NCBI GenBank assembly: GCA_024277705.1
Contig: JAJRUQ010000013.1
Location: 1 to 55,894, forward strand
Reading direction: 5' to 3'
Length of the DNA stretch: 55,894 nucleotides
Source of the DNA: Gammaproteobacteria bacterium
GTDB lineage: Bacteria; Pseudomonadota; Gammaproteobacteria; SZUA-229
The notes under the pieces are model-generated. The model searched no databases and was not told the origin of the DNA. It was given only the letters and a program-made list of their open reading frames with translations. A program made the position numbers and the translations under genes. Shown here piece after piece: positions 19,160 through 29,808 of the stretch (positions are counted from its first letter, which is position 1; every line of letters begins with the position of its first letter).

Positions 19160-19921
19160 TTAAAGATTCTTTTTGATAAGGTCGTAAGCTTTTCGTATTT
19201 CCTGGGTTTTTTCAGTTGCCAGTTGAATCATTTCATCCGGCAGGCCTTTGGATACCAGTTTATCCGGGTGGTGCTGACTCATTAAACGCCGGTAGGCTTT
19301 TTTGATTTCAGCTTCGCTGCTGCCTTTTTCAATGCCCAGAATTTTATACGCCTGGCTTAACGTTAAGCTGTTGCTGGCACTGGCGCCGGCATTACGGCTA
19401 ATGTTAAACAGATGGTCAATCTGGCTGCGGGCAAAGCCGAGAATGTCACCGATGGTGTATAACACCTGTTTTTCATTTTTATCGACTTTACCATCTGCCA
19501 GTGCGGTGGAAATCTGAATCTCGATAAACATCTGTATCAGGTTGCGACGGCCGTGACATTCTTTTTTAAATTGACGCAGAATATCTTCTAATGGAAAGTC
19601 TTCGGATTTCCCCTGATCAAAAAATTTGATAGCAGCTTTGCGCTGGTCGGCAGATAACTGCATCTGCGCCATAATGTTTTTTGCCGCAGCTATTTCATGT
19701 GCGCTGACATGGCCATCGGCTTTGGCTACATGGCCCATGACAGAAAAAGTTGTGGTAAAAAATGCTGCCTGTACTCGTTCCTGATTGCCGGTATCGAAGG
19801 CATCACCCATTTTGATGCCGCGATCAAGGTTGCCGCCAAGTGCCGCACCAATCAATGCACCGATCGGTCCGCCAAAAACAAACCCCAATGTACCGCCTAT
19901 AAATGTGCCCCACCAAGCCAT
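19160..19921 (-). CDS. djlA: Co-chaperone DjlA
   Basis: N-terminal Gly-rich TM segment, TerB-like AKADG, C-terminal J domain HHPDKL. Confidence 0.93.
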   Translation of the reverse strand: MAWWGTFIGGTLGFVFGGPIGALIGAALGGNLDRGIKMGDAFDTGNQERVQAAFFTTTFSVMGHVAKADGHVSAHEIAAAKNIMAQMQLSADQRKAAIKFFDQGKSEDFPLEDILRQFKKECHGRRNLIQMFIEIQISTALADGKVDKNEKQVLYTIGDILGFARSQIDHLFNISRNAGASASNSLTLSQAYKILGIEKGSSEAEIKKAYRRLMSQHHPDKLVSKGLPDEMIQLATEKTQEIRKAYDLIKKNL

Positions 19922-20027
19922 TTTATTTCCTCAAGTAAATATTTATTTAAGTCTAACATTTAGAGCATAATTTTTTCTGAAAATGCGGGTAAATGTAATA
20001 AAAGAACAACTATCAGCTTATGAACAG

Positions 20028-20621
20028 TTATTGTTGCAAAGCATTGATGTGCAGAGCAAGCAGGTCCAGCATTTGTTCTGCCGTATCGGCTTCCAGCAGC
20101 AGCTGTTTTTCTTTATTACTGACGGGTAATAATTCCGCCAGCCGAAAGCAGATATCAGCTGTATTATTGAAATCAACGGTGCCCTGGTACTGGCTGGCGA
20201 AGGGATGCTTGAGCAGTTGTTTTAAGGTTTCTGTCAACGGGACAAAGCTTTCGGGAATTGCTGGCATGGTGGCTAACGGACCTTCCAGCGAAGATTTGAA
20301 TGCAGTGGTTTCTGCGAGCAGCAGGCCGTCATGCCTGACCGAGCTGTTACTCAGGTGTACGCGGTGTTTTGCCAGTATGCTTATGCCGAGCAGGCCGCCG
20401 GGCAGGGATTCCCAGTCGATGATTTCAACATAACAGCCGGTGTTATAAATTTGAGGGGTACTGCCGACTTCTTTACCGGCACTGATCAACACCGTCACAA
20501 AACCGGTTTGTTGTTTCATGCATTGTTTAAGCAGAGAGAGATAGCGTTGCTCAAAAATTTGCAGCGGTAATATACTACCGGGAAATAAAACGGTATGTAA
20601 CGGAAATAGGGCGTGTTTCAT
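20028..20621 (-). CDS. Lon peptidase substrate-binding (N-terminal) domain protein
   Basis: LFPLHTVLFPG..LPLQIFEQRY; no AAA or protease domain. Confidence 0.88.
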   Translation of the reverse strand: MKHALFPLHTVLFPGSILPLQIFEQRYLSLLKQCMKQQTGFVTVLISAGKEVGSTPQIYNTGCYVEIIDWESLPGGLLGISILAKHRVHLSNSSVRHDGLLLAETTAFKSSLEGPLATMPAIPESFVPLTETLKQLLKHPFASQYQGTVDFNNTADICFRLAELLPVSNKEKQLLLEADTAEQMLDLLALHINALQQ

Positions 20622-20752
20622 GGTATGGGTATCATCAGCAAAGGAATGATAACTAATAAGATGTCGTAGTTTAAACGTAATCGGACAAAGGATTGCTGCG
20701 AATTCAGAAATGCTCCTGTCATTAGTAGTTTACACCTGTTCAACGACCACAA

Positions 20753-20876
20753 TTGAGCCTAAAGAGAGGTTTGAAGTTTGAAGTAGCAAGTTAAAAGCTG
20801 GACACCTCTCTGCTTAGCAAGCTTCTTTTGGTTCAAGGTTTTTAAACTTACAACTTAAAACTTAAAACTTCTCTTT
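20753..20876. repeat. Family C heptamer element, second copy with fewer heptamers
   Basis: AAAGAGAGGTTTGAAGTTTGAAG...CTTACAACTTAAAACTTAAAACTTCTCTTT; spacer shares CAAGCTTCTTTTG with the 7.6-kb copy. Confidence 0.85.
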
Positions 20877-21278
20877 ACCACCAATTTGAGTTATTCCTTC
20901 AGTAAAAACAACCAGCTTATGTTTGAGCGGTTGCTAATTAGTGCTGGATTGCGTTATTTATTGTCTGTTATCAATGAGGGCGATAAATCTTCAGCCGGCC
21001 TTGATGTTTAACTGAATCAGGGGGAAGTTATTTGCCTGGATCAGCCCGGATGTTCTGCAAAGAATTTCGACAGTGAGTGTAAAGAAAACTGATTAAATAA
21101 CAAGCTTATTAAGAATTAATCCAATAAAAAGCTTCGGTCCAGGTGCCATGGCTATCTCTCTAAGCCGCATTATTAGTGGGGTAAAGTGTTTTTAGCAGTG
21201 TTGAACGGGGCGGGGAGGGAGCATGACATTTTTACAGTTTTTTGTTACATTTTTAACTGGATTGGTTATAATACCTTC

Positions 21279-21707
21279 ATGAATACATCGAATATGACTT
21301 TCCCTCTGGAGCGTAATGACGTTGTCTCGTTATTGCAGCAATTTAAAATTTCACCTACCCGTCAGCGTGTAGAAATCGCAGAATTTTTATTCAAGCGTCC
21401 GCAGCATCTTTCTGCGGAGAAAATTCTGGATGGCGTTATTGCTGAAGGGAATCGTGTTTCACGTGCGACGGTTTATAACACCATGGGTTTATTTGCCAAC
21501 AAGGGTGTTGTTCGTGAAATTCTGATTGATCGAGAGCGTGTTTTTTATGATTCCAATACTGCTGTGCATCAGCATTTATATAATGTGGACACCGGTGAAT
21601 TAATGGATGTTTATGATACCGATGTTGATTTGTCAGCAGCTCCGGAACTGCCAGAAGGGTTAAGAATTATTGACACGGATATTATTTATAAAGTGACCTC
21701 TAAATAG
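21279..21707 (+). CDS. Fur-family regulator (Irr/PerR-like)
   Basis: TRQR, HLSAE, SRATVYNT, YDSN...HQH; no C-terminal CxxC. ATG 21279 lies 6 nt after TATAAT. Confidence 0.88.
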   Translation: MNTSNMTFPLERNDVVSLLQQFKISPTRQRVEIAEFLFKRPQHLSAEKILDGVIAEGNRVSRATVYNTMGLFANKGVVREILIDRERVFYDSNTAVHQHLYNVDTGELMDVYDTDVDLSAAPELPEGLRIIDTDIIYKVTSK

Positions 21708-21727
21708 TTTTGTTTTGAACAGAATGT

Positions 21728-21768
21728 AAAAGCCGGTTCACCTGATGGGTGAGCCGGCTTTTTTATTT
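21728..21768. terminator. Bidirectional intrinsic terminator
   Basis: AAAAGCCGGTTCACC-TGATG-GGTGAGCCGGCTTTTTT between convergent genes. Confidence 0.85.
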
Positions 21769-21807
21769 GTCAGCTGAAAAACAGAATATCTGTTGCTGGC
21801 AGGTATT

Positions 21808-22410
21808 TTATGCCGTACCGCTGGATCCGTTTAAATCGCCAACCAGTGATGAGTGAATGTTTGCTGCCAGTGGGCTGACCGTCGCTTGATAGTTTTCGTG
21901 CTCTACGCCGGCAGAAATTCGGGCACCGGCTTTGGCGGCATTAATCATATCATTGTTCAGTTCATAACGTAAAAAATGCACTGCTGAGGTTTTTTCTTCG
22001 GTATCACGCTCCAGGTCTTCATCGGCAATGGCATAGATTCGGTCAAAGCCTTCAACCTGCATCCAGATGGTGTTCTCAATGCCAATGAGCTGGCTTAGTT
22101 GTTTCTGTCGCTGTTCGACATCGGGATACTGGATTAACAGGGTGGCTTTCCAGTTTGTGCCATCGGGAATTAACGGATTGTAGGCAGCAAGTTCCTCTTC
22201 AATAGCCGCTGCTTCAAATATCTTTTCAGCTTTCAGCATTTCCTGAATCTGATACTGCATAATTAACCGGTCTTCAAACAATAATAATATATTTTCACCG
22301 AGTTCCAGCCGGCGATTTTCTTTATGCGCAATAATTTTTTTACGGAAGTCATCGCGCATTTCAGAATATTGTTCAAGGCTGTAGAGGTCTTTGCGGGTCA
22401 GTTTAGTCAT
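21808..22410 (-). CDS. DUF3501 family protein
   Basis: RR..LG...LLFE...YQIQEML..E, YNPLIP, KTSAVHFLR; third gene of the rubrerythrin cluster. Confidence 0.88.
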   Translation of the reverse strand: MTKLTRKDLYSLEQYSEMRDDFRKKIIAHKENRRLELGENILLLFEDRLIMQYQIQEMLKAEKIFEAAAIEEELAAYNPLIPDGTNWKATLLIQYPDVEQRQKQLSQLIGIENTIWMQVEGFDRIYAIADEDLERDTEEKTSAVHFLRYELNNDMINAAKAGARISAGVEHENYQATVSPLAANIHSSLVGDLNGSSGTA

Positions 22411-22444
22411 AAGTGTCTGTCAGCGGCATCTTTGCCGGCTGCTG

Positions 22445-23782
22445 TTATATGCCGTAGGCGGTTCGTAATAAAGATATCGGGTGTTCGGGTTTGCTGCCAT
22501 CGGCGAGCCCGGCTTCAATATGATGTCCAGCCATGGCGCAGTCACTGGTGTAAACATCGGCATTTTGCTGTTTAACGCGATTGACTACCGGTTTGCATAT
22601 TTTCATTGCTGCATCATGAAATTCGCTTTTAAATGTATAGGTGCCATCGTGTCCGGAGCAACGTTCAATAGGTAATACTTCTGTATCCGGAATCAGGTTC
22701 AGGGTGTCGCGTGTTTTCATGCCGATGCGCTGAACCCGTTGGTGGCAGGCGACATGATAGGATATTTTCCCCAGAGGGTTTTTAAAGTCAGTGTTGAGTT
22801 TGCCCGCTTTGTTTCTCAGCATGAGATATTCAAACGGGTCAAACATGGCCTGCTGGACTTTAATAACACGGTCATCTTCGGCAAACATTAAAGGCAGTTC
22901 CTGCTTGAACATCAGTGTGCAGGAAGGAACCGGGGTAACAATGTCCCAGCCTTCATCGACCAGTGCTGCCAGAATTTTAATATTGCTTTCTTTTGCCTGG
23001 TGAACCGCGTCCAGGTCGCCTAGTTCCAGTTTTGGCATGCCGCAGCAGCGGGTTTTCTGTACCAGTTGGACGAGGATCTGATTGTGTTCAAAAACCTTGA
23101 TTAAATCTTCCCCGATCTGTGGTTCATTGTAGTTGCCGTAACAGGTGGCGAACAGGGCAACCTTGCCGGTGGTTGCATCAGTGGCCTGTGCGGTAATGCC
23201 GGTGGCGTGTAATCGCTTTTTATTGCGTTTAGTCAGCGTGTTCGAGGTGTATTCCGGCAGTGCAGCCTGCGGGTGTATGCCCAGGGCTTTATCCAGCAGT
23301 TTACGGCTTAAAGGGTTGCTGTTGACGGCGTTTATTGTTTGCGTAATGACAGGAATGCTGGCAAGTTTACCGATGCGATCGGTCGCCGTGATTATCCGGT
23401 CACGAGTTTTAACTTCGCCTTTTTTAAACTTGATGGCTTTGGCGCGCAACATTAAATGCGGGAAGTCGAGATTCCATTCATGCGGTGGCACATAAGGGCA
23501 TTTGGTCAGATAGCACAGATCACATAAATAACAGTGGTCGACAACTTTCCAGTAGTCCGCTGTGGCAACACCGTCAACTTCCATGGTGTCCGACTCATCG
23601 ACCAGATCAAACAGTGTCGGGAAGGAGGCGCACAGGCTGACACAGCGACGACAGCCATGACAGATGTCGAATACCCGTTCAAGCTCGGAAAACAGCTTGT
23701 TTTCATCCAAGAAATCGGCTGTGTCCTGCCCCAGTGGATGCCTGGTGGGCGCTTCTAAACTGCCTTCTCTACTGCTTGCCAT
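22445..23782 (-). CDS. Rubrerythrin-associated Fe-S oxidoreductase (GlpC/CCG-domain)
   Basis: CHGCRRCVSLC, CYLCDLC...KCP, CCGMP, CSGHDG. Confidence 0.88.
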   Translation of the reverse strand: MASSREGSLEAPTRHPLGQDTADFLDENKLFSELERVFDICHGCRRCVSLCASFPTLFDLVDESDTMEVDGVATADYWKVVDHCYLCDLCYLTKCPYVPPHEWNLDFPHLMLRAKAIKFKKGEVKTRDRIITATDRIGKLASIPVITQTINAVNSNPLSRKLLDKALGIHPQAALPEYTSNTLTKRNKKRLHATGITAQATDATTGKVALFATCYGNYNEPQIGEDLIKVFEHNQILVQLVQKTRCCGMPKLELGDLDAVHQAKESNIKILAALVDEGWDIVTPVPSCTLMFKQELPLMFAEDDRVIKVQQAMFDPFEYLMLRNKAGKLNTDFKNPLGKISYHVACHQRVQRIGMKTRDTLNLIPDTEVLPIERCSGHDGTYTFKSEFHDAAMKICKPVVNRVKQQNADVYTSDCAMAGHHIEAGLADGSKPEHPISLLRTAYGI

Positions 23783-23805
23783 ATAATTTTCTCATGAATT
23801 CAGTC

Positions 23806-23837
23806 AAATAAAAGGCCAGCCGCAGTGACTGGCCTTT
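23806..23837 (-). terminator. Intra-operon terminator-like hairpin after rubrerythrin
   Basis: Minus strand AAAGGCCAG-N9-CTGGCCTTTTATTT. Confidence 0.6.
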
Positions 23838-23894
23838 CAGGATTGTTATTAGCGGTTCGCTTCTGCAGGCAGAATCGAGGCCTTACTAAAATAA

Positions 23895-24311
23895 TTAATC
23901 CAGGTTGTCCAGTGCCTTCTGGAAACGGTTGGCATGTGAGCGTTCAGCCTTTGCCAGTGTTTCGAACCAGTCGGCAATTTCATCAAAACCTTCATCGCGG
24001 GCTGTTTTTGCCATACCGGGGTACATATCGGTATATTCATGGGTTTCACCGGCAATGGCGGCTTTCAGGTTGTCAGAGGTGCTGCCAATAGGGAGGCCTG
24101 TTGCCGGGTCACCGGTTTCTTCCAGATATTCCAGGTGGCCATGTGCATGTCCGGTTTCGCCTTCAGCGGTTGAACGAAATACGGTTGATACATCGTTGTA
24201 GCCTTCAACGTCAGCTTTTGCTGCAAAATAAAGGTAGCGGCGGTTAGCCTGTGATTCGCCAGCAAAGGCGTCTTTTAAATTTTGTTCTGTTTTGCTGTCT
24301 TTTAAGCCCAT
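23895..24311 (-). CDS. rbr: Rubrerythrin (short type lacking the rubredoxin domain)
   Basis: [34 protein letters not shown] di-iron motifs. Confidence 0.93.
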   Translation of the reverse strand: MGLKDSKTEQNLKDAFAGESQANRRYLYFAAKADVEGYNDVSTVFRSTAEGETGHAHGHLEYLEETGDPATGLPIGSTSDNLKAAIAGETHEYTDMYPGMAKTARDEGFDEIADWFETLAKAERSHANRFQKALDNLD

Positions 24312-24323
24312 GATCTCTCTCCA

Positions 24324-24386
24324 ATTAGGGTTAGTCTAAAAAGGTGTGCAGATTCTACAATAATTTTGCATTAGATTTAGTCTAAA
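24324..24386. promoter_or_regulatory. Two ICE/Per-like Fur-family operator boxes
   Basis: ATTAGGGTTAGTCTAAA (24324-24340) and ATTAGATTTAGTCTAAA (24370-24386); the second contains the dyad TTAGA-N5-TCTAA. Confidence 0.65.
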
Positions 24387-24442
24387 TTGTTAAAAATGAC
24401 ATGTCAATGGGAATAGGTTATTTTATCATTCTGCTTTATCCT

Positions 24443-24500
24443 GAATATTTCACAGGAATGCTGATTTTTTGAAAGCTATCAGTATTCCTGTGAAATATTC
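24443..24500. repeat. 23-bp near-perfect intergenic hairpin
   Basis: GAATATTTCACAGGAATGCTGAT / ATCAGTATTCCTGTGAAATATTC, 22 of 23 match, 12-nt loop. Confidence 0.85.
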
Positions 24501-24538
24501 GGTTAGCCGTCAGTTAATAATATAAAAGAGGAAAAATC

Positions 24539-25945
24539 ATGACTCGTGAAGTCGATGTGGCCATTTTAGGTGCCGGAAGTGCCGGCTTGTTTGCCCTTTC
24601 GCAGGTAAAAAAAGAAACCGATAATTATGTGTTAATTAACGGTGGTGAATTAGGTACAACCTGTGCGCGTGTCGGTTGCATGCCGTCCAAGGTGCTTATT
24701 CAGGTGGCTGAAGATTTTCACCGTAAAAGTATATTTGAGCGTGAAGGTATTGAGGGTGCTGAACACTTGTCGCTCGATGTGCCGGCCAGTATGGAGCATG
24801 TGCAGGATTTAAGGGATGTTTTTGTGGATAAAACACTGGGCGTTACCGATGGTCTGGACGAAGCACATTTGATTGACGGTTATGCCCGATTTGTAGCGAA
24901 TGATACTGTGGAAGTGAATGGCGCGTTAATCAAGGCAAAAAGTATCATTATTGCCACCGGTTCAACACCCGTCGTGCCGGCAGCATGGCAGGCCTTTGCG
25001 GATGATATTATCACCACGGATGAACTGTTTGAGCTGGAAGATTTACCTGCATCCATGGCGGTGATCGGTCTGGGCTCAATCGGTCTTGAAATTGGCCAGT
25101 CGCTGCATCGCCTGGGAGTCGCCATTACAGCGGTTGACCAGTTGCGAACCATCGCAAAGTTACAGGATGAAAAAGTAAATGAAGTTGCGATAACGGTTCT
25201 TGGCAGAGAGTTTCCATTACTACTGGGCGAGGCGGCATCACTGAAAAAAGCTGAAACCGGCATTGAAGTAAGCGCGGGCGGGCATCAGGTCGTGGTAGAC
25301 AAAGTGCTGGCAAGTCTGGGCCGAAAACCACATCTGGATAATCTGAATCTGTCAGCAACGGAGATTGAACTGGATGCACAGGGGGTTCCGTTGTTTGATC
25401 CGTTAACCATGCAGGTCGGTGATTTACCTGTATTTATTGCCGGTGATGTCAATGCCGACCGGCCGCTGCTGCATGAAGCCGGGCATGAGGGTCGGGTGGC
25501 CGGATACAATGCGGTACTTTGTGCAAACAATCAAACACTGCAGAAATTCAGGCGTAAAGTCGAGCTGGGTATCACTTTTTGTGATCCGAATATTGCCACC
25601 ATCGGTGCACAGCTGTCGACATTGAATGAAGCAGAGATTGCTATTGGTGAAATTCAGTTTGCACCGGTAGGACGGGCATTAATTATCGGAAAAAATCGCG
25701 GTTTGCTGCGATTATATGTGCAAAAGTCAGACGGTCTGCTGTTGGGTGCGGCAATGTGCTGCGTGAAAGCGGAAAATCTGGCACATTTGATAAGCTGGTC
25801 GATTCAAAATGGCATGACGGTTTTTGATATGCTGAAAATGCCGTTTTACCATCCGGTAATAGAAGAAGCCCTGCAGGCGGCTTTATACAATGTGCTATCG
25901 AAACTGGATATTAAGCAGGATCTGGTCGAACTGGAACGTTGCTGA
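24539..25945 (+). CDS. Dihydrolipoyl dehydrogenase-like flavoprotein disulfide reductase
   Basis: GAGSAG, GTTCARVGCMPSK, GLGSIGLE, HPVIEE. Confidence 0.88.
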   Translation: MTREVDVAILGAGSAGLFALSQVKKETDNYVLINGGELGTTCARVGCMPSKVLIQVAEDFHRKSIFEREGIEGAEHLSLDVPASMEHVQDLRDVFVDKTLGVTDGLDEAHLIDGYARFVANDTVEVNGALIKAKSIIIATGSTPVVPAAWQAFADDIITTDELFELEDLPASMAVIGLGSIGLEIGQSLHRLGVAITAVDQLRTIAKLQDEKVNEVAITVLGREFPLLLGEAASLKKAETGIEVSAGGHQVVVDKVLASLGRKPHLDNLNLSATEIELDAQGVPLFDPLTMQVGDLPVFIAGDVNADRPLLHEAGHEGRVAGYNAVLCANNQTLQKFRRKVELGITFCDPNIATIGAQLSTLNEAEIAIGEIQFAPVGRALIIGKNRGLLRLYVQKSDGLLLGAAMCCVKAENLAHLISWSIQNGMTVFDMLKMPFYHPVIEEALQAALYNVLSKLDIKQDLVELERC

Positions 25946-26008
25946 TGCGGTTTGAAAAAACTGATCGCAGTAAAGGTGCAGGATAAAAATATTGTTTTTT
26001 GCGCCAGA

Positions 26009-26578
26009 CTATTTTTTCTGGCAGTGAATAAAGTGTGGATGCACCGGAGTGCCGCTGCCTGAAATCTGTTGTAGCGCTGCCCGGCTGCCGGTTTTCTGCC
26101 ACAGATCCAGTGCTGCCAGAGGTTGTAAGGCCGGTGAGCTGTATAAGCGGATGGTTTGTAATAAATCCATTAATAAAACAAAACTGTCTGCGAGTTGCAG
26201 ATATAATTCAGCAATGCTCTGTTGAGTTACGGTGCTGATGTGGTGATAGGCGGAGCGGCCGAGATCAACATAATAGGAAACATCTACCTGGCGTTTTTCA
26301 GCGGACTGTGGAAACAGCCCTGAAACCAGTAAACACTGGTCGCCGATGGTACGTAATTGCTCGCTGCGCAAGCGATCAGGCAGATGGTGTGAGTACAAAT
26401 AATCAATGGCCAGTGCCTGTGAGTTGAGTTGCTGGTCTCTGGCAAACCGCATCAGCGTAAAAACCAGATAGCTTTGCATGGCTTCATCCAGCTGGCAGCC
26501 GTAATCTTCTTCAGCCTCATGTACCAATGAGTGCCACTGGGATAACTCAGATGAGCTCAGTATAAATTTTTTACTCAT
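26009..26578 (-). CDS. Conserved hypothetical protein
   Basis: 189 aa, GAGG RBS; GDQCLLVSGLFP...YYVDLGRSAY pattern. Confidence 0.75.
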   Translation of the reverse strand: MSKKFILSSSELSQWHSLVHEAEEDYGCQLDEAMQSYLVFTLMRFARDQQLNSQALAIDYLYSHHLPDRLRSEQLRTIGDQCLLVSGLFPQSAEKRQVDVSYYVDLGRSAYHHISTVTQQSIAELYLQLADSFVLLMDLLQTIRLYSSPALQPLAALDLWQKTGSRAALQQISGSGTPVHPHFIHCQKK

Positions 26579-26754
26579 GTTCTTTTCCTCAACAGTGGAA
26601 AGTCAGCGATGAAGTTTTTGAGCATTTACCTGTTTATAGTCCTTTTTTATACGCCTTGCTATGTATTTTACGCCAATGAGATGAAATCATCACGTCAAAT
26701 CAGCCCCTCATTTGTTATACTTCGCTCTTTAAACAACAACATACAAGACTTTAC

Positions 26755-27678
26755 ATGGCTTACGACGTTTCAACATTTCAGGGATTAATCTTCGCAGTAC
26801 AGGATTACTGGCAAAAGCAGGGCTGCGCCATATTGCAGCCACTGGATATGGAAGTGGGGGCCGGTACCTTTCATCCGGCAACCTTTCTCCGCGCCATCGG
26901 TCCTGAACCCTGGCGGGCAGCTTATGTGCAGCCCTGTCGACGCCCCACCGATGGTCGTTACGGCGAAAATCCAAATCGTCTGCAGCATTATTACCAGTTT
27001 CAGGTCATTTTAAAGCCTTCCCCGGATAATATTCAGGATTTATATCTGGGCTCACTGGAAGCACTGGGTTTTGACCTGCTGGAACATGATGTACGTTTTG
27101 TCGAAGATAACTGGGAGTCACCAACATTGGGCGCCTGGGGGCTGGGCTGGGAAGTCTGGTTGAACGGCATGGAAGTAACGCAGTTCACCTATTTTCAGCA
27201 GGTGGGTGGTCTTGAGTGTCGTCCGGTGAGTGGTGAAATAACCTATGGTCTGGAACGGCTGGCGATGTATCTGCAGGAAAAAGAAAGTGTTTTTGATCTG
27301 GTCTGGACGCGTGGTCCGCAGGGTGATGTCAGCTATGGTGATGTTTTTCATCAGAATGAAGTTGAAATGTCGGCGTATAACTTTGAGCATGCGGATACCG
27401 CGATTCTGTTCAAGCAGTTTGATGAATGTGAAGCCGAAAGTCAGCGTCTGATTGAGCTAGGCCTGCCCCTGCCGGCGTACGAAATGGTGTTAAAAGCCTC
27501 ACATGCCTTTAATCTGCTGGATGCACGCCATGCTATTTCTGTCACCGAGCGCCAGCGGTTTATCCTGCGGGTGCGTACCCTGTCAAGAGCGGTAGCAAAA
27601 ACCTATTACGAATCACGAGAAGCACTGGGCTTTCCTATCGGTAATGCGGGGCAGGCGCTGCAAGGAGATGCTGCATGA
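26755..27678 (+). CDS. glyQ: Glycine--tRNA ligase alpha subunit
   Basis: [38 protein letters not shown]. Confidence 0.98.
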   Translation: MAYDVSTFQGLIFAVQDYWQKQGCAILQPLDMEVGAGTFHPATFLRAIGPEPWRAAYVQPCRRPTDGRYGENPNRLQHYYQFQVILKPSPDNIQDLYLGSLEALGFDLLEHDVRFVEDNWESPTLGAWGLGWEVWLNGMEVTQFTYFQQVGGLECRPVSGEITYGLERLAMYLQEKESVFDLVWTRGPQGDVSYGDVFHQNEVEMSAYNFEHADTAILFKQFDECEAESQRLIELGLPLPAYEMVLKASHAFNLLDARHAISVTERQRFILRVRTLSRAVAKTYYESREALGFPIGNAGQALQGDAA

Positions 27679-29762
27679 GCGCTGTGAATGAAACGAAAGC
27701 ACCGTTATTAATTGAACTGGGCACGGAAGAACTGCCGCCAAAAGCCCTGAAAAAACTGTCCGCTGCTTTTACTCAGGGTATTGTTGATGGCCTGAAAAAA
27801 GCCGGCTTTGAAATTAATGAAGCAGAATCCTTTGCTGCGCCCAGACGGCTGGCGGTACTGATTCCGGCGGTTGCCGGGTCAGAGCCGGACCGTGATATTG
27901 AACGTAAAGGCCCCAGTTTGAAAGCGGCTTATGATGAAGACGGCAATCCCAGTAAAGCGGTGATGGGGTTTGCCCGTTCCTGCGGAGTTGAGGTTGCTGA
28001 TTTACAGCAGCAGGAAACCGGCAAAGGCACCTGGCTGGTTTTTAAGGCCAGCGAAAAAGGTAAGTCACTGGCAGATTTAATTGAAGACATTATCAATCAG
28101 GCATTGTCCCGCTTGCCCATTCCCAAACGCATGCGCTGGGGAAATAAAACGGCCGAATTTGTGCGTCCGGTACACTGGCTGCTCTTAATGCACGGAGACG
28201 CTGTGATTGACGCTGAAATCATGGGCCTGAAATCATCAGCTAGAACCTATGGCCATCGTTTTCATGCACCGGCGGCCATCACTTTGGCAACCGCTACGGA
28301 CTACCAGCAAAAACTGGCAACACAGGGTTATGTGCTGGCCAGTTTTGCAGAAAGAAAAGCACATATAAAACAGCAGGTTATCACTACTGGTAAACAACTC
28401 GGTGGTGAAGCGGTGCTGGACGAGGCATTGCTGGACGAGGTATGTGCCTTAAACGAATGGCCGGTTGCGGTTGCCGGCGAATTTGAAGAGATTTATCTGG
28501 AAGTACCTGCACAGGCATTAATCAAAACCATGCAGGACAATCAGAAATATTTTCCGGTGATTGACCGCGATGGACATTTAAAAAACTGTTTTATCACCAT
28601 TAGTAATATCGACAGTAAATCACCTGAAAAAGTAAAACAGGGAAATGAACGGGTGGTGCGCCCGCGGCTGGCTGATGCAAAATTTTTCTGGGAACAGGAT
28701 TTAAAGCAGCCGCTGGAATCTTTTAATACAGCGCTGGAAAAAGTGGTGTTTCAGAAAAAGCTGGGGACTATTGCCGATAAAACCCGGCGCGTAACTGCAT
28801 TGTCTGAAAAAATTGCCGCTCAGCTCAATGCTAATGTTGATTATGTCAAACGTGCTGCACTGTTAAGCAAGTGTGATCTGATGACCGATATGGTCGCTGA
28901 GTTTGCTTCACTACAGGGGGTTATGGGCAAATGTTATGCGCAACAAGCCGGTGAAGCCGAAGAAGTATCGCTGGCGCTTGACGAACAATACAAGCCGCGC
29001 GGTGCCAGTGATGATACGGCGGCTACCACCACCGGTCAGATTTTATCGCTCAGCGACAAACTGGATACACTGGTGGGTATTTTTGCTATCGGCCAGAAAC
29101 CTACCGGTGAAAAAGACCCGTACGCCTTGCGTCGGGCTTCGCTGGGTATATTGCGCACCATCATTGAACGGCAGTTAGATCTTGATTTAAAAGAGTTGAT
29201 TAGTTATAGCGCTGAATTGTTGCAGCACAAGGTGGATGCCAGTAGCGTTGAACAGGAAGTGTTTGTTTATATTATTGAACGGCTACGCGCCTATTATCTG
29301 GACAGAAATGTCAGCGCGGATGTTTTTGACGCGGTGTCGGCATTGTCGCCTTAGCGGCCACTGGATTTTGACAAACGGATCAGGGCAGTAACGGTATTTC
29401 GAGAATTGTCTGAAGCAAAAAGTCTGGCCGCAGCCAATAAGCGCGTGGCCAATATTCTTAAAAAATCAGCTGCTGATAGCAGTGTGGAGATTAATGTCGA
29501 ACTGTTATCGGAAGATGCCGAGAAAAAGTTATACGAGTCACTGAGTGGCTTAAGTCCTGCGGTTGAGGCTTTATTTGATGCAGGTGATTACGAGGCGGCG
29601 TTGACTCGCCTGTCCTCATTGCGTGATCCGGTTGATGCTTTTTTTGACTCAGTGCTGGTGATGGCAGATGATGAGTCGGTAAAAAATAATCGTATGGCAT
29701 TATTAAGTTCAATGAACCAGTTGTTCCTGCGTGCCGCAGACCTGTCACGCTTGCATCAATAA
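27675..29762 (+). CDS. glyS: Glycine--tRNA ligase beta subunit, interrupted by one in-frame TAG (29352-29354)
   Basis: [24 protein letters not shown]. Reading through gives [30 protein letters not shown], in frame with ORF 29406-29762. Confidence 0.9.
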
Positions 29763-29808
29763 TGCGGACTTTAATACGCAGGGCTAATGGTAATAAAACG
29801 GTTCTATT

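Noticed and set aside
20880-21270. Hidden gene or pseudogene in the gap before the Fur-family gene
   Set aside because: No convincing ORF or recognisable motif seen.
27675-29762. Genome-wide TAG reassignment or pyrrolysine
   Set aside because: TAG terminates several genes at expected positions, no other gene has an internal TAG, and no pyl genes are seen.
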